From contig SMSO01000032.1 of NCBI GenBank assembly GCA_004764695.1, forward strand, positions 2,294,001 through 2,358,000: a stretch of DNA of 64,000 bases, given 5' to 3'. Shown piece after piece: positions 53,855 through 64,000 of this stretch; within the stretch, counting starts at the first letter, position 1, and every line of letters starts with the position of its first letter. A model generated the notes under the pieces. The model had not been told where the DNA came from. It did no database searches and was given only the letters and a program-made list of their open reading frames with translations. Source of the DNA: Schizochytrium sp. TIO01 (Eukaryota; Protista; Bigyra: Labyrinthulomycetes). Position numbers and translations under genes: made by a program.

Positions 53855-55843
53855 TTACTCGGATCTAGAGAGCATCGAAAGAAGATCACCCAGGAAGTCA
53901 TTCGTTGACTGTCTGGGTTTACCTTCGCGAAGCCAGGACTTGATAATACTAATCTCGCGCGCACGACCTTGGCGCAAAGAGGGAGGGTCATCTGGGTTCG
54001 AAAACATGAAATCTGTATGATGAGCGCCATGCTCAAAGAATACAGCTTCAATACCACGCGGCTCATTGCTCTCCAGAACGCCTGCAGCAGACCATGGATC
54101 GTAGCGTCCATTGCTAAAAATAATGTTGCTTCCATACCGGCTAATGTCGCGACCCATGTATTGAGCTAATGGCCATAAACCAAGAGGATCCAGCAACTTG
54201 GCTTCGCTTGTAACACCGTAAAGACCTTGCTCGTGAAACGCAGAGCAAGATGCCTCAGCTCGAGCAGCCCGCACAAGGTCATTGTAAGTACTGTTGGCGA
54301 GAACTTCCTTTGAAACACTTGGAGGCCAGTATATGTCACGTCCCATACCCCGCAACAAATATTGCACGAGGAAAAAACCTTCGTTGCACACAAGCGCTCC
54401 CCAGCCATCCAGCATCTCAACATGGTCAACTCTACATACATTTTCTGTAGAGTTGGCCTTGTAAGCTGGAGGTGAACGAAGGTTACCCATTTTTTTCTGT
54501 GTAGAAGAAGACCTTCCAATTGTTGTGCGGCTTGGTACAGATGGACGAAGAGATTGCCGCATACGCAATGTAGCAGGTGACTCAGAAGTTCCATCAGTAG
54601 CTTCACCGCCGTAACATTTGACCGTTCCGGTAATATTATATAGCATACTATACATCTCGCCAATACCCTTAACTAGGTCTTGGGCAATTGGCAGACTTGC
54701 AAGATCCACAGTTGTCGCACCTGATTGAAGGGAGGCTTGATCCCAGTCGATATCAAGTTTAATGCGACCTGACTCCAGGTCTACACTGAACTTCACTTTT
54801 GAGCGGTCGCCAACCAAGCTCACACGGTCTTTGGGTTGGCGGACTTTAGCACAAACATGACGCATAGGCCATGCAGGAAGCTTGTAGCCTCTCTGGTTAA
54901 CCGTAGCAAAGACAATGTAATCAGATGGAAATGGAAAGTTAGACTCGGCAAGTAGAAATAGTACATCTTGCAACGTCGCAATAAGAGTGTCAGCAGCTGG
55001 GAGCGGACTGCACCAGCCGAGCTCTTTCTGAATTAAATCGCGACCTTCTTTAGATTCATACAGGAGAGAAATAACAGCCCATGCCGAGAGAAAGCTATCC
55101 CAACATTGCTGATCGAAATTTCCCTCTGAGTCCTCAATGCCCTGAGCAATAGCCGCATACGCACCATCAAGGGCTGGGCGACTGGTAGCAAATCCGAGCA
55201 CAGGCGCCGATCCAGCGACGGCTCCTGCATTACACACATGTGGATACCGCAAACGGAAGTATGCGGCAAGCATACCACCATAAGAACCTCCAAAGGCTAC
55301 AACTTTAGCATCGTGGGCAATCCCAAGTTTTGATTTCACATAAGGTACAACCTCAGCATAGTCAGCAAGAGCTTGGGCGCTCGAGACATATGCCATACAA
55401 TTTTCCATCCCATCTAGGTTCGGAAACGATTCACCAAAATAGCGATGCTCCGCGAAAACCAAGATGGCTCCAAGTTCCTTACCAAGACTCCACATCAATC
55501 CCGTGTTGTTTACGTAGAGATCGACAGGACCTTCATTCCCCGTGTAGAACAGCATCGGTATATCTTCGCCATCTTGGGGTCGGCGAAAAGCATCATGGAT
55601 ACAAACACGTTGTTTGAAAGTGGCCCACGGGCTATTTGCTAGCCCATTAAAATGATCAACAGGTTGCTCAACGTAGATGATCTCCGTACAATTCGCCAGC
55701 GATGCATGGTCCTGAAACTCATGACCTTGACAGTTTTGTGGTAGAAAGCCTATGAGGACAGAAATGATGCATGCAATTTTCCACAGAAGACTCCCGTCTT
55801 GAGCACGCGGGCCAAGACCTAGTGTAGTGATGAACCTGGTCAT
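53855..55843 (-). CDS. PRCP: Lysosomal Pro-X carboxypeptidase (serine peptidase family S28, PRCP/DPP7-like)
   Basis: Hydrophobic N-terminus and motifs QPVDHF, FYTGNEG, FAEHRYFGES, QALADYA, GGSYGG (Ser), SNGRYDPW (Asp) and GAHHTD (His). Confidence 0.93.
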   Translation of the reverse strand: MTRFITTLGLGPRAQDGSLLWKIACIISVLIGFLPQNCQGHEFQDHASLANCTEIIYVEQPVDHFNGLANSPWATFKQRVCIHDAFRRPQDGEDIPMLFYTGNEGPVDLYVNNTGLMWSLGKELGAILVFAEHRYFGESFPNLDGMENCMAYVSSAQALADYAEVVPYVKSKLGIAHDAKVVAFGGSYGGMLAAYFRLRYPHVCNAGAVAGSAPVLGFATSRPALDGAYAAIAQGIEDSEGNFDQQCWDSFLSAWAVISLLYESKEGRDLIQKELGWCSPLPAADTLIATLQDVLFLLAESNFPFPSDYIVFATVNQRGYKLPAWPMRHVCAKVRQPKDRVSLVGDRSKVKFSVDLESGRIKLDIDWDQASLQSGATTVDLASLPIAQDLVKGIGEMYSMLYNITGTVKCYGGEATDGTSESPATLRMRQSLRPSVPSRTTIGRSSSTQKKMGNLRSPPAYKANSTENVCRVDHVEMLDGWGALVCNEGFFLVQYLLRGMGRDIYWPPSVSKEVLANSTYNDLVRAARAEASCSAFHEQGLYGVTSEAKLLDPLGLWPLAQYMGRDISRYGSNIIFSNGRYDPWSAAGVLESNEPRGIEAVFFEHGAHHTDFMFSNPDDPPSLRQGRAREISIIKSWLREGKPRQSTNDFLGDLLSMLSRSE

Positions 55844-57499
55844 CCTCGGCAGGATAATTCACCTCTTCTCTCTCAAAACGCCAGGAGAAGAAAGACGCGC
55901 TGCACTATTTTATTCCTAGAAGTGTGTATTAAAGCGCGTGGCTGACTCCCGGCCATGCAGGCTTCTTGAGAAGGCTGTTGGAATCAATCAACAAATGCAG
56001 GTGCGCCTGGAGCCTGGGCAACACAGGACATTTAGCTCTCTCAATGGAGATTAGGGATACACGTGAGTATCTTTCTTATCTATCTCCTATATACTAAAGT
56101 TACCGCAACCCGTTTTTATTCTTCTAAATTACCTATGGATTACCTTAAATGTGCTATGATTTCAAAAATTAAATTGAAAATAATATATAAAATTGAATAT
56201 ACATCTTATATATCTATTCAAAAAGTGCTTTTAAAAAAATGTTTTAGTTTATTTTAAAAAGTGTTGTTTCTAAACATCTAAGATAAGAGAAGAAAATAAT
56301 GGAGAATATTTGGTAGATACATACCTAGGTGTTTTACAGAATAATCATGATAATAAAGTAATTGAAATGAAAGTTGAGTTGAGCAGGATTTACGTCTGTC
56401 TCTTCGGCAGTAGTGTCAACTTTTGGTGCTGAAGCGCAGCTACATGAAGGCAGATCACATACACAAACCTGATCATTCGTTTAATATATTGTTATCAGTT
56501 TCCATGAATCGGTTGAGTTTTGATTGCACGCATTTCTTTTCCCCTATCCTTACATTGTGTGGTGTTTAGGTTTGGGTGCTAGATTTAGTACAACCTCAAC
56601 AAACTTTGATACGCTTACCCGGTTTCTTGCTTGCACCGCATCAAAGGATAGTCAGGTAAGGTTAATTGGTGATTTCTTTCTGTACCCCTCAAAACCTCAT
56701 CAATAGTGCGTGCGAGCACCATCTACAGTGCGCCTGAGATGATTCCACGAAAACCAGTTCGCAGAGGGATGAACTGAAGATGAACTTCACAAGCCACCGC
56801 GAGAGAATTGTGCGAGTTCAGACACCCAATTGTGAGAGTTTGAGGGTGTCATTCTGCCAAGTTTCCCTCTGTTGGCTGTAGAGTGCTCGCGATTACTTCT
56901 TTTTTTGTTGGGTATGTTTACTTTTGTTAGGAGTGCACGAGTATTTGACCGTTACGCTACTCGGTTGGAGGCAGCGAGTTACGAAGAGAACGACGGGAGG
57001 TCTCTTGGCGAAAGGGAAGGAAGCTTGCGACGAGGGAAGAATAGCTAGATGAGCGACAGTGACTGACGCCGGTGGATGCAGTAAGTTTGTACAGATTTAG
57101 GAGGCGGTGCTGGCTTGCAGGAAGCATGGCCACGACTCTCTTTTAGGTGGTCGACTTGGCTTTAGTAGCAGGAGGCGTGTACTTTCTGTTATCTAGCATT
57201 GCATAGCACTGCATCGCGAGATGTGTTCATGAGTACCGGTGGCTGGTTGACAATTATTTAGTCTGGATGGGCAAAGGGAGAGTCTTCATGCCTATTTTCT
57301 AATTTCATGATGCTACCAGAGATGCTTACGAATCTTGCAATAATTTGGCAGCAAGAAGTTCATAGTAGAGGGCATCTTTTTTTACAAACTCAGCATGCAT
57401 GGTTTATGTGTGCCCATTAGTTTGGATGATGACCGGGGCCTATCGCAAAAATAGAGGCGCCTCATTTCTTTTGTACCTTCAAGAAGCCTGGTTCAAAAA

Positions 57500-58450
57500 G
57501 CATAGTCAACTTTGTTAGCCTTTCCAAGGTACATTTATGATTTTGCTAATATGAAGCCTAGCAGGTTCTTAGAGCACTTAAGCTCATTTCTTTGTACGTC
57601 CGAATGTCTAAGGTCTTGAGTTAGGCTAAAGCTTTACATAGGGGAGGAATAACGAAGCTTTACGTTTCATACGTAAGAAAAACGCAACTGTAAAATCCAC
57701 TCTTATGACATAGTACAGTACTAAAAGTTCACTGCGAGAATATTTTAAGATTTCATGAGTCTCTATGAATCTGTTTTATGTTGTTCTTGAAGCAGCTGTC
57801 TCACATGCTTCGATTACACTTTGTAGGGGGCTCAACAGCACTTCCACATCTGGACTCGCGACGAAGTGCTGTAGAACTAGAGGGTGCGCGCTTTGAAAAG
57901 TCTCCCTTTCATAGCCCCACGCATGCTATAGGATGCTATTTCCAACAAACGATTTTACCGACGAAGGCAAAGCAAGCAGTAGCATCACATAAATAATCTC
58001 AGTCCAATTCTTGGGCATTTCATAATCTTCATTGCGCTTTGCTTTTATATGCAATGTTTTCAGGCAACATTAACACTTTGTAACTCTGCGCCGATCCTGG
58101 CCAAAGACCTGTTTCCTTCTTTCAACTTGTCTGTCTGTATTTCACAGGCATCTTACAACTTTAGCAAACGAAGCGTGAGGCCTTTTGATCGGCGCGAGAA
58201 GAGAAACCCCTTTTTTAATTCTATCATTATAACAAAATTTTCAATTTTTAACTCTGTAAACTGCAGTAATATGGTTCCTGAGTGATTTGTCTATCTGCTC
58301 GCTCGCCTTTGTCCATTGCCAGCGCGTGGTATTTTGCCTCTGCATCAAATACAACTTGTATATCTTCTCGCAATATAGTCGAAGTAGACGGCAGCCGCGA
58401 ATGCGTGCTCAAATTGGAGATATGGAGGTGGATTGTACCAGAGAAGAAAC
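57500..58450 (+). pseudogene. Possible decayed RNI-type LRR gene relic
   Basis: Fragments in broken frames include LEHLSSFLCTSECLRS, KNATVKS, STALPHLDSRRSAVELEGAR and SAWYFASASNTT..SRNIVEVDG. Boundaries are approximate. Confidence 0.4.
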
Positions 58451-59233
58451 CACTAATTAAATTAAAAACGAAAAAAAAACGAAAAAAAAAAAACGATTTT
58501 TCTATTTCTTTCTGCGCAAAATGAATGTAACGAAACTGGAAAGAAATATAGGTATTATAAGATAACAGGGAACGCGATATGTCCTGTCCTGAGAACAGGT
58601 GTTTTGCATTGATGTAGTTTGTGGTAATCTGCAACCTGCCCTCCTTACCCTTGGACGAGCACAGCTGTTGCCCTCCATAACACGTGGAGCCAGAACTTTT
58701 CCCAGACCGCCTTCGTGGACGGTCTTCACGCGCCCGCGCGTATAAGACAAGTGTGGTTTTACATCTTTCACATTCTGCAAATTTAGAGAATAAAAGGGAA
58801 ACGACCAGCAGAACACAGGGAGCCCGGGGATTCTCCGAGGGTGCCCAACCTAACCCCGAATCACTGGTTAACTAGCTATCCTACACCCCAGCTTGCACCC
58901 TGGGATAGGCATGAAAAGGGGGCAGTAAACTAACTTGGCAAAACCTTCGTAATGTCGGCGAAACATGAAGGCTTCACTCCATCTTTGGTGCTATGATTTG
59001 CGAGAAAATGCGAAGGGAGTTTGCTTTGGCTTTGGTTTCTTTCGGCGAAAAGGAAAGAGCTGGAGAAGAGACCAGCCTCCTCCGCGACTGCGATGGGTCG
59101 ATTGGGTGCCTCTCGATGCGCCGAGGGCGGCCGATATCCAGCTAGCTCGTGCCTGCCTCGAGTCGTTTCCCATCTCATCTCGCGCTTTCTGTTTCTGGCG
59201 GGTGCTTAGGAGGGCCTATTCGGGTCCTAGCGC

Positions 59234-59330
59234 CTGTTTCTTTGTTTATTTCTTTGTTTATTTCTTTGTTTATTTCTTTGTTTGTTTCTTTATTTATTCC
59301 TTTGTTTGTTTCTTTGTGTGTTTATTTCTT
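59234..59330 (+). repeat. Degenerate 12-bp tandem repeat (TTTCTTTGTTTA)n
   Basis: Direct reading. Confidence 0.85.
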
Positions 59331-60621
59331 TCTTTTTGGAGTGTCAAAGAGACTAAACTTTGCTTTGGGTCGAAGAGAAGAAGAAACGAAACTCGCGCAT
59401 CGAATGAAAGCGAGAAACTGATTCAAGGAATCCTCTTGCATGCCGATCCTTCGCTCGTCTCCCGTGGAGGAGGTGATGAACGAAGAAGATGCCCTCACAC
59501 CACACAGCAAGCAGCCTATGTGTGTCGATGAGCAACGCGATGGAAATTTTGCGATTTAGAGCAATACATACATACATACATACATACATACATACATACA
59601 ATAAATAGATGGGAAGGAAAGAAGATGCATGTAGTGCAATGTAATGTAATGCGAATGCGAATTGACTGATGGACAATTCGTTCATCACCACGTCAAGCAG
59701 GGCGTGGGTTTATGGTGAAATCCATATTGGCCCACATCTTCTTCGCCGCAAACGCCTCGCCAACTTGCTCTCCGGGTCCTCCTCCGCACGCGAGTCGTGA
59801 ATTGAAGTCCGAGTCGTTGCTGTCTCATTCTCTCATTCTCTCATTCTCTCATTCTCTCATTCATTTGTTTCTGTTTCTGTTTCTGTTTCTTTCTCTCTCT
59901 CTCTCTCTCTCTCTGTCCATGTCACTCCTACATCATCACCCTAGCAGTCCTACAGACAGACAGCAACAGTATTGTCTCCTCTTCTTTCTCCTTTCATCAT
60001 TGTTATTGGCAAAAGCAATTATTTAAAATGGCTGCTCTCTCTTTACTCTCTTCTCTCTCTCTTCTCTCTCTCTTCTCTCTCTCTCTCTCTCTCTTTTCTG
60101 CCTCTTCTCTCTCTTTCAAGCTCGTTCTCCTCTCATCGAAGCGCCTCTCATTGACTTTTTAAATTGACTGTTATGCCGGAATTTTGTGAGGGGAAAGGGC
60201 CCCCCACTACTAGCCCACCAGTATCATATACTGTAGGTGGGCTTGAAACTTGGCGAGAACAGGAAATGCGGTGATGATTATGAAGAAGAAGAGTGCACTG
60301 GTACCTCCTGTGGCTGTAGAGTAGTATCTACTATTTGCTAGCTAGGATGCCGAGTGACGATTTGAAAAAACGATTGTTTTCTTTTTTAACATGAAATGTT
60401 AGATAACAAGTTTTCACGGAAGAGGATGTTTTGTTTTGTTTGTCTGTTTATTTGCTATTGTGACGATGGATTGATTGTTGAAGAAGTTGTTATGCTGTAG
60501 AGTGAGTTATTTTGGTTTTGGTTTTTTTCAATCAATGGAAATGTTTTTTTTGTTGTTTTTTTTGTTGTTTTTTGTTTTTTTCTGTTTCTGTAGCAAAGAA
60601 CAAGAACACGAAAAAGAAATG

Positions 60622-61617
60622 GTAAAAGAATAGATAAAGTAAGTAAGCAAACAGACCAAAGCGAGGCGACCACGGACGAAACCTCCGCCGCCGCCTCGCT
60701 CAACGCCGGCGGGCCGAGCACAGACCCGCGAGCGAGAGCTCTGAGACCCAGCGCCAAGGAACCTCCACCGGCGTTTGCTCTGGAGCGGAGGTAGGGCCTT
60801 TGCCACTGCCGCGCGCGCATCCATCGGCTTCGCTGCAGCTCGCTGCAAACGGACCGCTCGCTGCTCCTTTATATATATTATAATATATTATCTTCATATC
60901 GTCAACGAAGGCACGTGGTGGACAAGGGTCGCGCTAGCAGCCTACCTGGTCAAGGACTGCGAGGCATACTCAGAGGCGTCGGCAACTGCTCCCGCGAAAA
61001 CTTGCTACTGCGAGTCGTGTTGCGGAGACAACTGGGAATTTGAAGGGTTTTGAGTTTCTTTCTTCCTCCCTGGTTTTAGGATACTTTTCTTAAGGCACGT
61101 ACTCCTTGAGCAGAGTTTTGGAGGCACGCATCGAAGGTCAAATCTAGCACACAAGACGCGCGCTTCAAGTTGCTTCTTAAATACACCTGTGGAAACGACG
61201 TTGGTGGGGTGACAGAAAGTATTGTCTAGGGGTGCACGAAGACCTGCAGAACTGGACTGCCTGGGAAAAGAACGAAGTACTTCGGAGCTTGTACTGGATA
61301 TACATTTATATATATATATATATATATCAGCTTTATTCCTTGCAACTCCAAGTGGCGGGTAACCCACGTAAACCCGGATATTTCCCAGTAATTTGAGGTC
61401 CCTCGAAAAGCTTATAAAAGCTATCCCGAGAGGCATCATTTCTGTGAAATTAGCTCAGCTTTATAGCAGCTTTATATATCCATATTTTAAGAGTCTGTTA
61501 TAGTGTGCTCGAGAGCGCACTTTACGATTAAGGTGCTCGCTTAGACAATCGGAGGACGTGGAGAAAGTTTGCTGTCACCACTATTGGCACAAAGAAAGGA
61601 GTAAAACCACAGCCACG
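60622..61617 (+). other. Putative AUG-free 5' leader of PP2A B55, about 1 kb
   Basis: No plus-strand ATG between 60622 and the start codon at 61618 (manual scan). Confidence 0.55.
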
Positions 61618-63111
61618 ATGGACGACAGCATTGACGACTGGAAATTTAGCCAGTGTTTCGGCGAAAAGACAGCATTGGAGGACTTGAACGAAGCGGATAT
61701 CATCTCAGCAGTGGAATTCGACCCGTCAGGAGCATTCCTGGCAACCGGTGACAAAGGAGGCCGAGTGGTAATCTTTGAACTCGATGGACACAATGCCGTG
61801 CAGGGCATTGCCGCAGCGACCAGCAAAACGCGCCGGCCGCTGCGAAACCCACTGGAGTTTCGCTTTCAAAGCGAGTTTCAGAGCCACGAGCCAGAATTTG
61901 ACTACCTGAAGTCTCTTGAAATTGAGGAGAAGATTAACCGCATCCGCTGGTGCCGGCCATCAAACAATTCATTATTCCTGCTCTCGACGAACGACAAAAC
62001 CATTAAGTTATGGAAAGTCTACGAAAAAACTATCAAGTCCGTGTGCAACTTGAATATGGGCGGAAACTCGAGGTCCCGAAGCACTAGTGGCGCAAGTAAA
62101 TCTCACCACTCAAAGCAACCTCTACGCGCTCGTGCGCCTCATGAAGACGAAATGATGGAAATTGTTGAGGAGAACGGCAAGGAGCCCGATGTGCCCTTGT
62201 TCCAGCGCAGGCACGTCCCGCAGCTTCTCGTGCCCAAACTTAAGTACGAATCTCGATGCATGGCGTCCACTGCCCGTCGCGTGTACTCTAATGCGCACGC
62301 TTATCACATCAATTCCGTGTCTGTAAACAGCGATGGAGAGACGTTCATTTCCGCAGATGACCTGCGAATTAACTATTGGAACCTTGACATCAGCGACCAG
62401 TCGTATAATATTGTGGACATCAAGCCAGATAATATGGAAGAGCTGGCAGAGGTGATCACGGCCGCCGATTTTCACCCGTCGCATTGCAATCTCTTCATGT
62501 ACAGCAGTAGTAGGGGAAGCATTCGCCTCGGAGATATGCGCGCGCAGGCGCTTTGTGATGTCCATGCCAAGACCTTTGAGGAACCCGAGCTGCCCGGAAG
62601 CAAGTCTTTTTTCTCTGAGATTATCGCTTCGCTCTCAGACATCAAGTTTTCTTATGATGGACGCTATATCATCTCACGTGATTACTTGACCGTGAAAATA
62701 TGGGATATTAACATGGAGTCTAAACCCGTTAAGACAATCCCTATTCACGATCAACTTCGATCTCAGCTCTCGGAGTTGTATGAGAGTGAGTGCATCTTTG
62801 ACAAGTTCGAGGTGGCTGTTTCCCGTGACGGGAACGGCCTCGCAACCGGATCTTACTCTTCCCAGTTTCACATTCTTGATAGAAACGGCAAATCCAACCT
62901 CTGTATTGAGGCAGGCAAAATGCCACCCAAGCAAGCTTTGTCATTTCGCAAGCAAGGTATCGACTTCAGTCCCTCCATGGAGGTTTCTTCAGACAATCTC
63001 AAGAGCGGGCCGTTGGACTACAACCGCAAGGCATTACACATGTCCTGGCACCCGCAAGTTCCGCTCGTTGCTGTTGCGGGCCTCAATAATCTTTTCATCT
63101 ATTCTCGGTAG
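61618..63111 (+). CDS. PPP2R2: Protein phosphatase 2A regulatory subunit B55 (WD40)
   Basis: Motifs WKFSQCFG, LATGDKGGRVVIF, FQSHEPEFDYLKSLEIEEKIN, STNDKTIKLWK, NAHAYHINS, DIKPDNMEEL, SFFSEII and CIFDKFE. Confidence 0.98.
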   Translation: MDDSIDDWKFSQCFGEKTALEDLNEADIISAVEFDPSGAFLATGDKGGRVVIFELDGHNAVQGIAAATSKTRRPLRNPLEFRFQSEFQSHEPEFDYLKSLEIEEKINRIRWCRPSNNSLFLLSTNDKTIKLWKVYEKTIKSVCNLNMGGNSRSRSTSGASKSHHSKQPLRARAPHEDEMMEIVEENGKEPDVPLFQRRHVPQLLVPKLKYESRCMASTARRVYSNAHAYHINSVSVNSDGETFISADDLRINYWNLDISDQSYNIVDIKPDNMEELAEVITAADFHPSHCNLFMYSSSRGSIRLGDMRAQALCDVHAKTFEEPELPGSKSFFSEIIASLSDIKFSYDGRYIISRDYLTVKIWDINMESKPVKTIPIHDQLRSQLSELYESECIFDKFEVAVSRDGNGLATGSYSSQFHILDRNGKSNLCIEAGKMPPKQALSFRKQGIDFSPSMEVSSDNLKSGPLDYNRKALHMSWHPQVPLVAVAGLNNLFIYSR

Positions 63112-63839
63112 AACAAGAGTACACAGAACTGCGAGACTTTTCACGTTTACAAAAAAAATACAGCTGCGAAAAAAAAACAAAAAAACACTAATACCCTACC
63201 AAACACAACAATCAATAGACTTCTTCAACAACCTCTGCCTTTCTACCTTTTTCTTCGCTATATTTTCTCTCTTCCCTCTTTTATTTGGGTAGGTTAATTG
63301 AATGCATATTATGCTTTTCCTTTGATGATACTTTGTTTTTTTAATTCTCATGGGGCTCCTTACTTTAGATACATTTTCCAAATCTCTCGTTCAATCCATG
63401 TCACGGCTTCTCACAAAACTTCATGTGAAGGTGCTTAGGTGCAGAGACTTCAATGTTTATGCGACTCTTAATATACTTCTTCTTTGTTTTGAGCTCCTTA
63501 TTTTCTGTTTTCAAAATCAAGTAATGAAAATAATTATAAAGACAAAGATCGATCGCACAGTATGCTAGCTGCATCACGCAATGCACTGCTGCCCAGATTA
63601 TTTCTTTGTCATTGCTTCACGGAGCATATTCTAAATTTATTTATTTGTATTATTGGGAAAGTAATAGACATGCACCAGACTATCGTTAGCGAATATATCA
63701 TGCTACGACGCTTACTTACGATCATTTGCGCTTACGCATTCATTTGATTGCTTGACTCATAAATTACAAGCTTCTGCGACAAAAGAAAGGATTCAGATTG
63801 TAGCTCCTGACACTGAAGATGAAGATATTGTACTCAGGC

Positions 63840-64000
63840 TAATGATAGGAAAACTTGCAAACTATCCTTAGGGTCGTCTGGAGAGTAAGAATGATATCGG
63901 TTGCCCATAAGCAAGAAGCTTGTTACATTTCGTTCGGTCATTATCTGCACTTTCAGCACAGATACCATCCTCATGGCGCAGAGCTCAAGAAGATGCGAAT
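63840..64000 (+). pseudogene. Possible decayed RNI-type LRR fragment at the window edge
   Basis: NLQTIL (frameshift) LESKNDIGCP*ARSLLHFVRSLSAL resembles L.L..N.IG..GA..L. Confidence 0.3.

Overview
This is a eukaryotic, intron-poor, microsatellite-rich window. Its style suggests a heterotrophic stramenopile such as a thraustochytrid, which is inference only. It holds about 16 protein-coding genes: a partial DEAD-box helicase running off the left edge (missing from the ORF track), a START-domain protein, a Myb/SANT-like transcription factor, a divergent ubinuclein/HPC2-like protein, RPL27A, a three-exon APC10, a 2,000-aa receptor (LRR + Cys-rich + multipass membrane domain) fused to a MAP2K-like non-RD kinase, a TLC-like membrane protein, an orphan putative DNA-binding protein, a BC-box LRR protein, an orphan Cys-rich protein, a tandem alpha/beta-hydrolase, a DBP3-like helicase, TMA7 (missing from the ORF track), an S28 prolylcarboxypeptidase and PP2A B55. 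The strongest hidden signal is non-coding. By manual scan the plus strand has no ATG over 4728-7974 and 9127-10947, and an ATG-rich intron-like segment lies between them. This points to a spliced, AUG-purged 5' leader of about 4.8 kb on the Myb-like gene. Smaller AUG-free leaders precede PP2A B55 and the receptor kinase. Several AT-rich spacers appear to contain decayed 28-aa LRR gene relics. I recognised no rRNA, tRNA, CRISPR array or intact mobile element.
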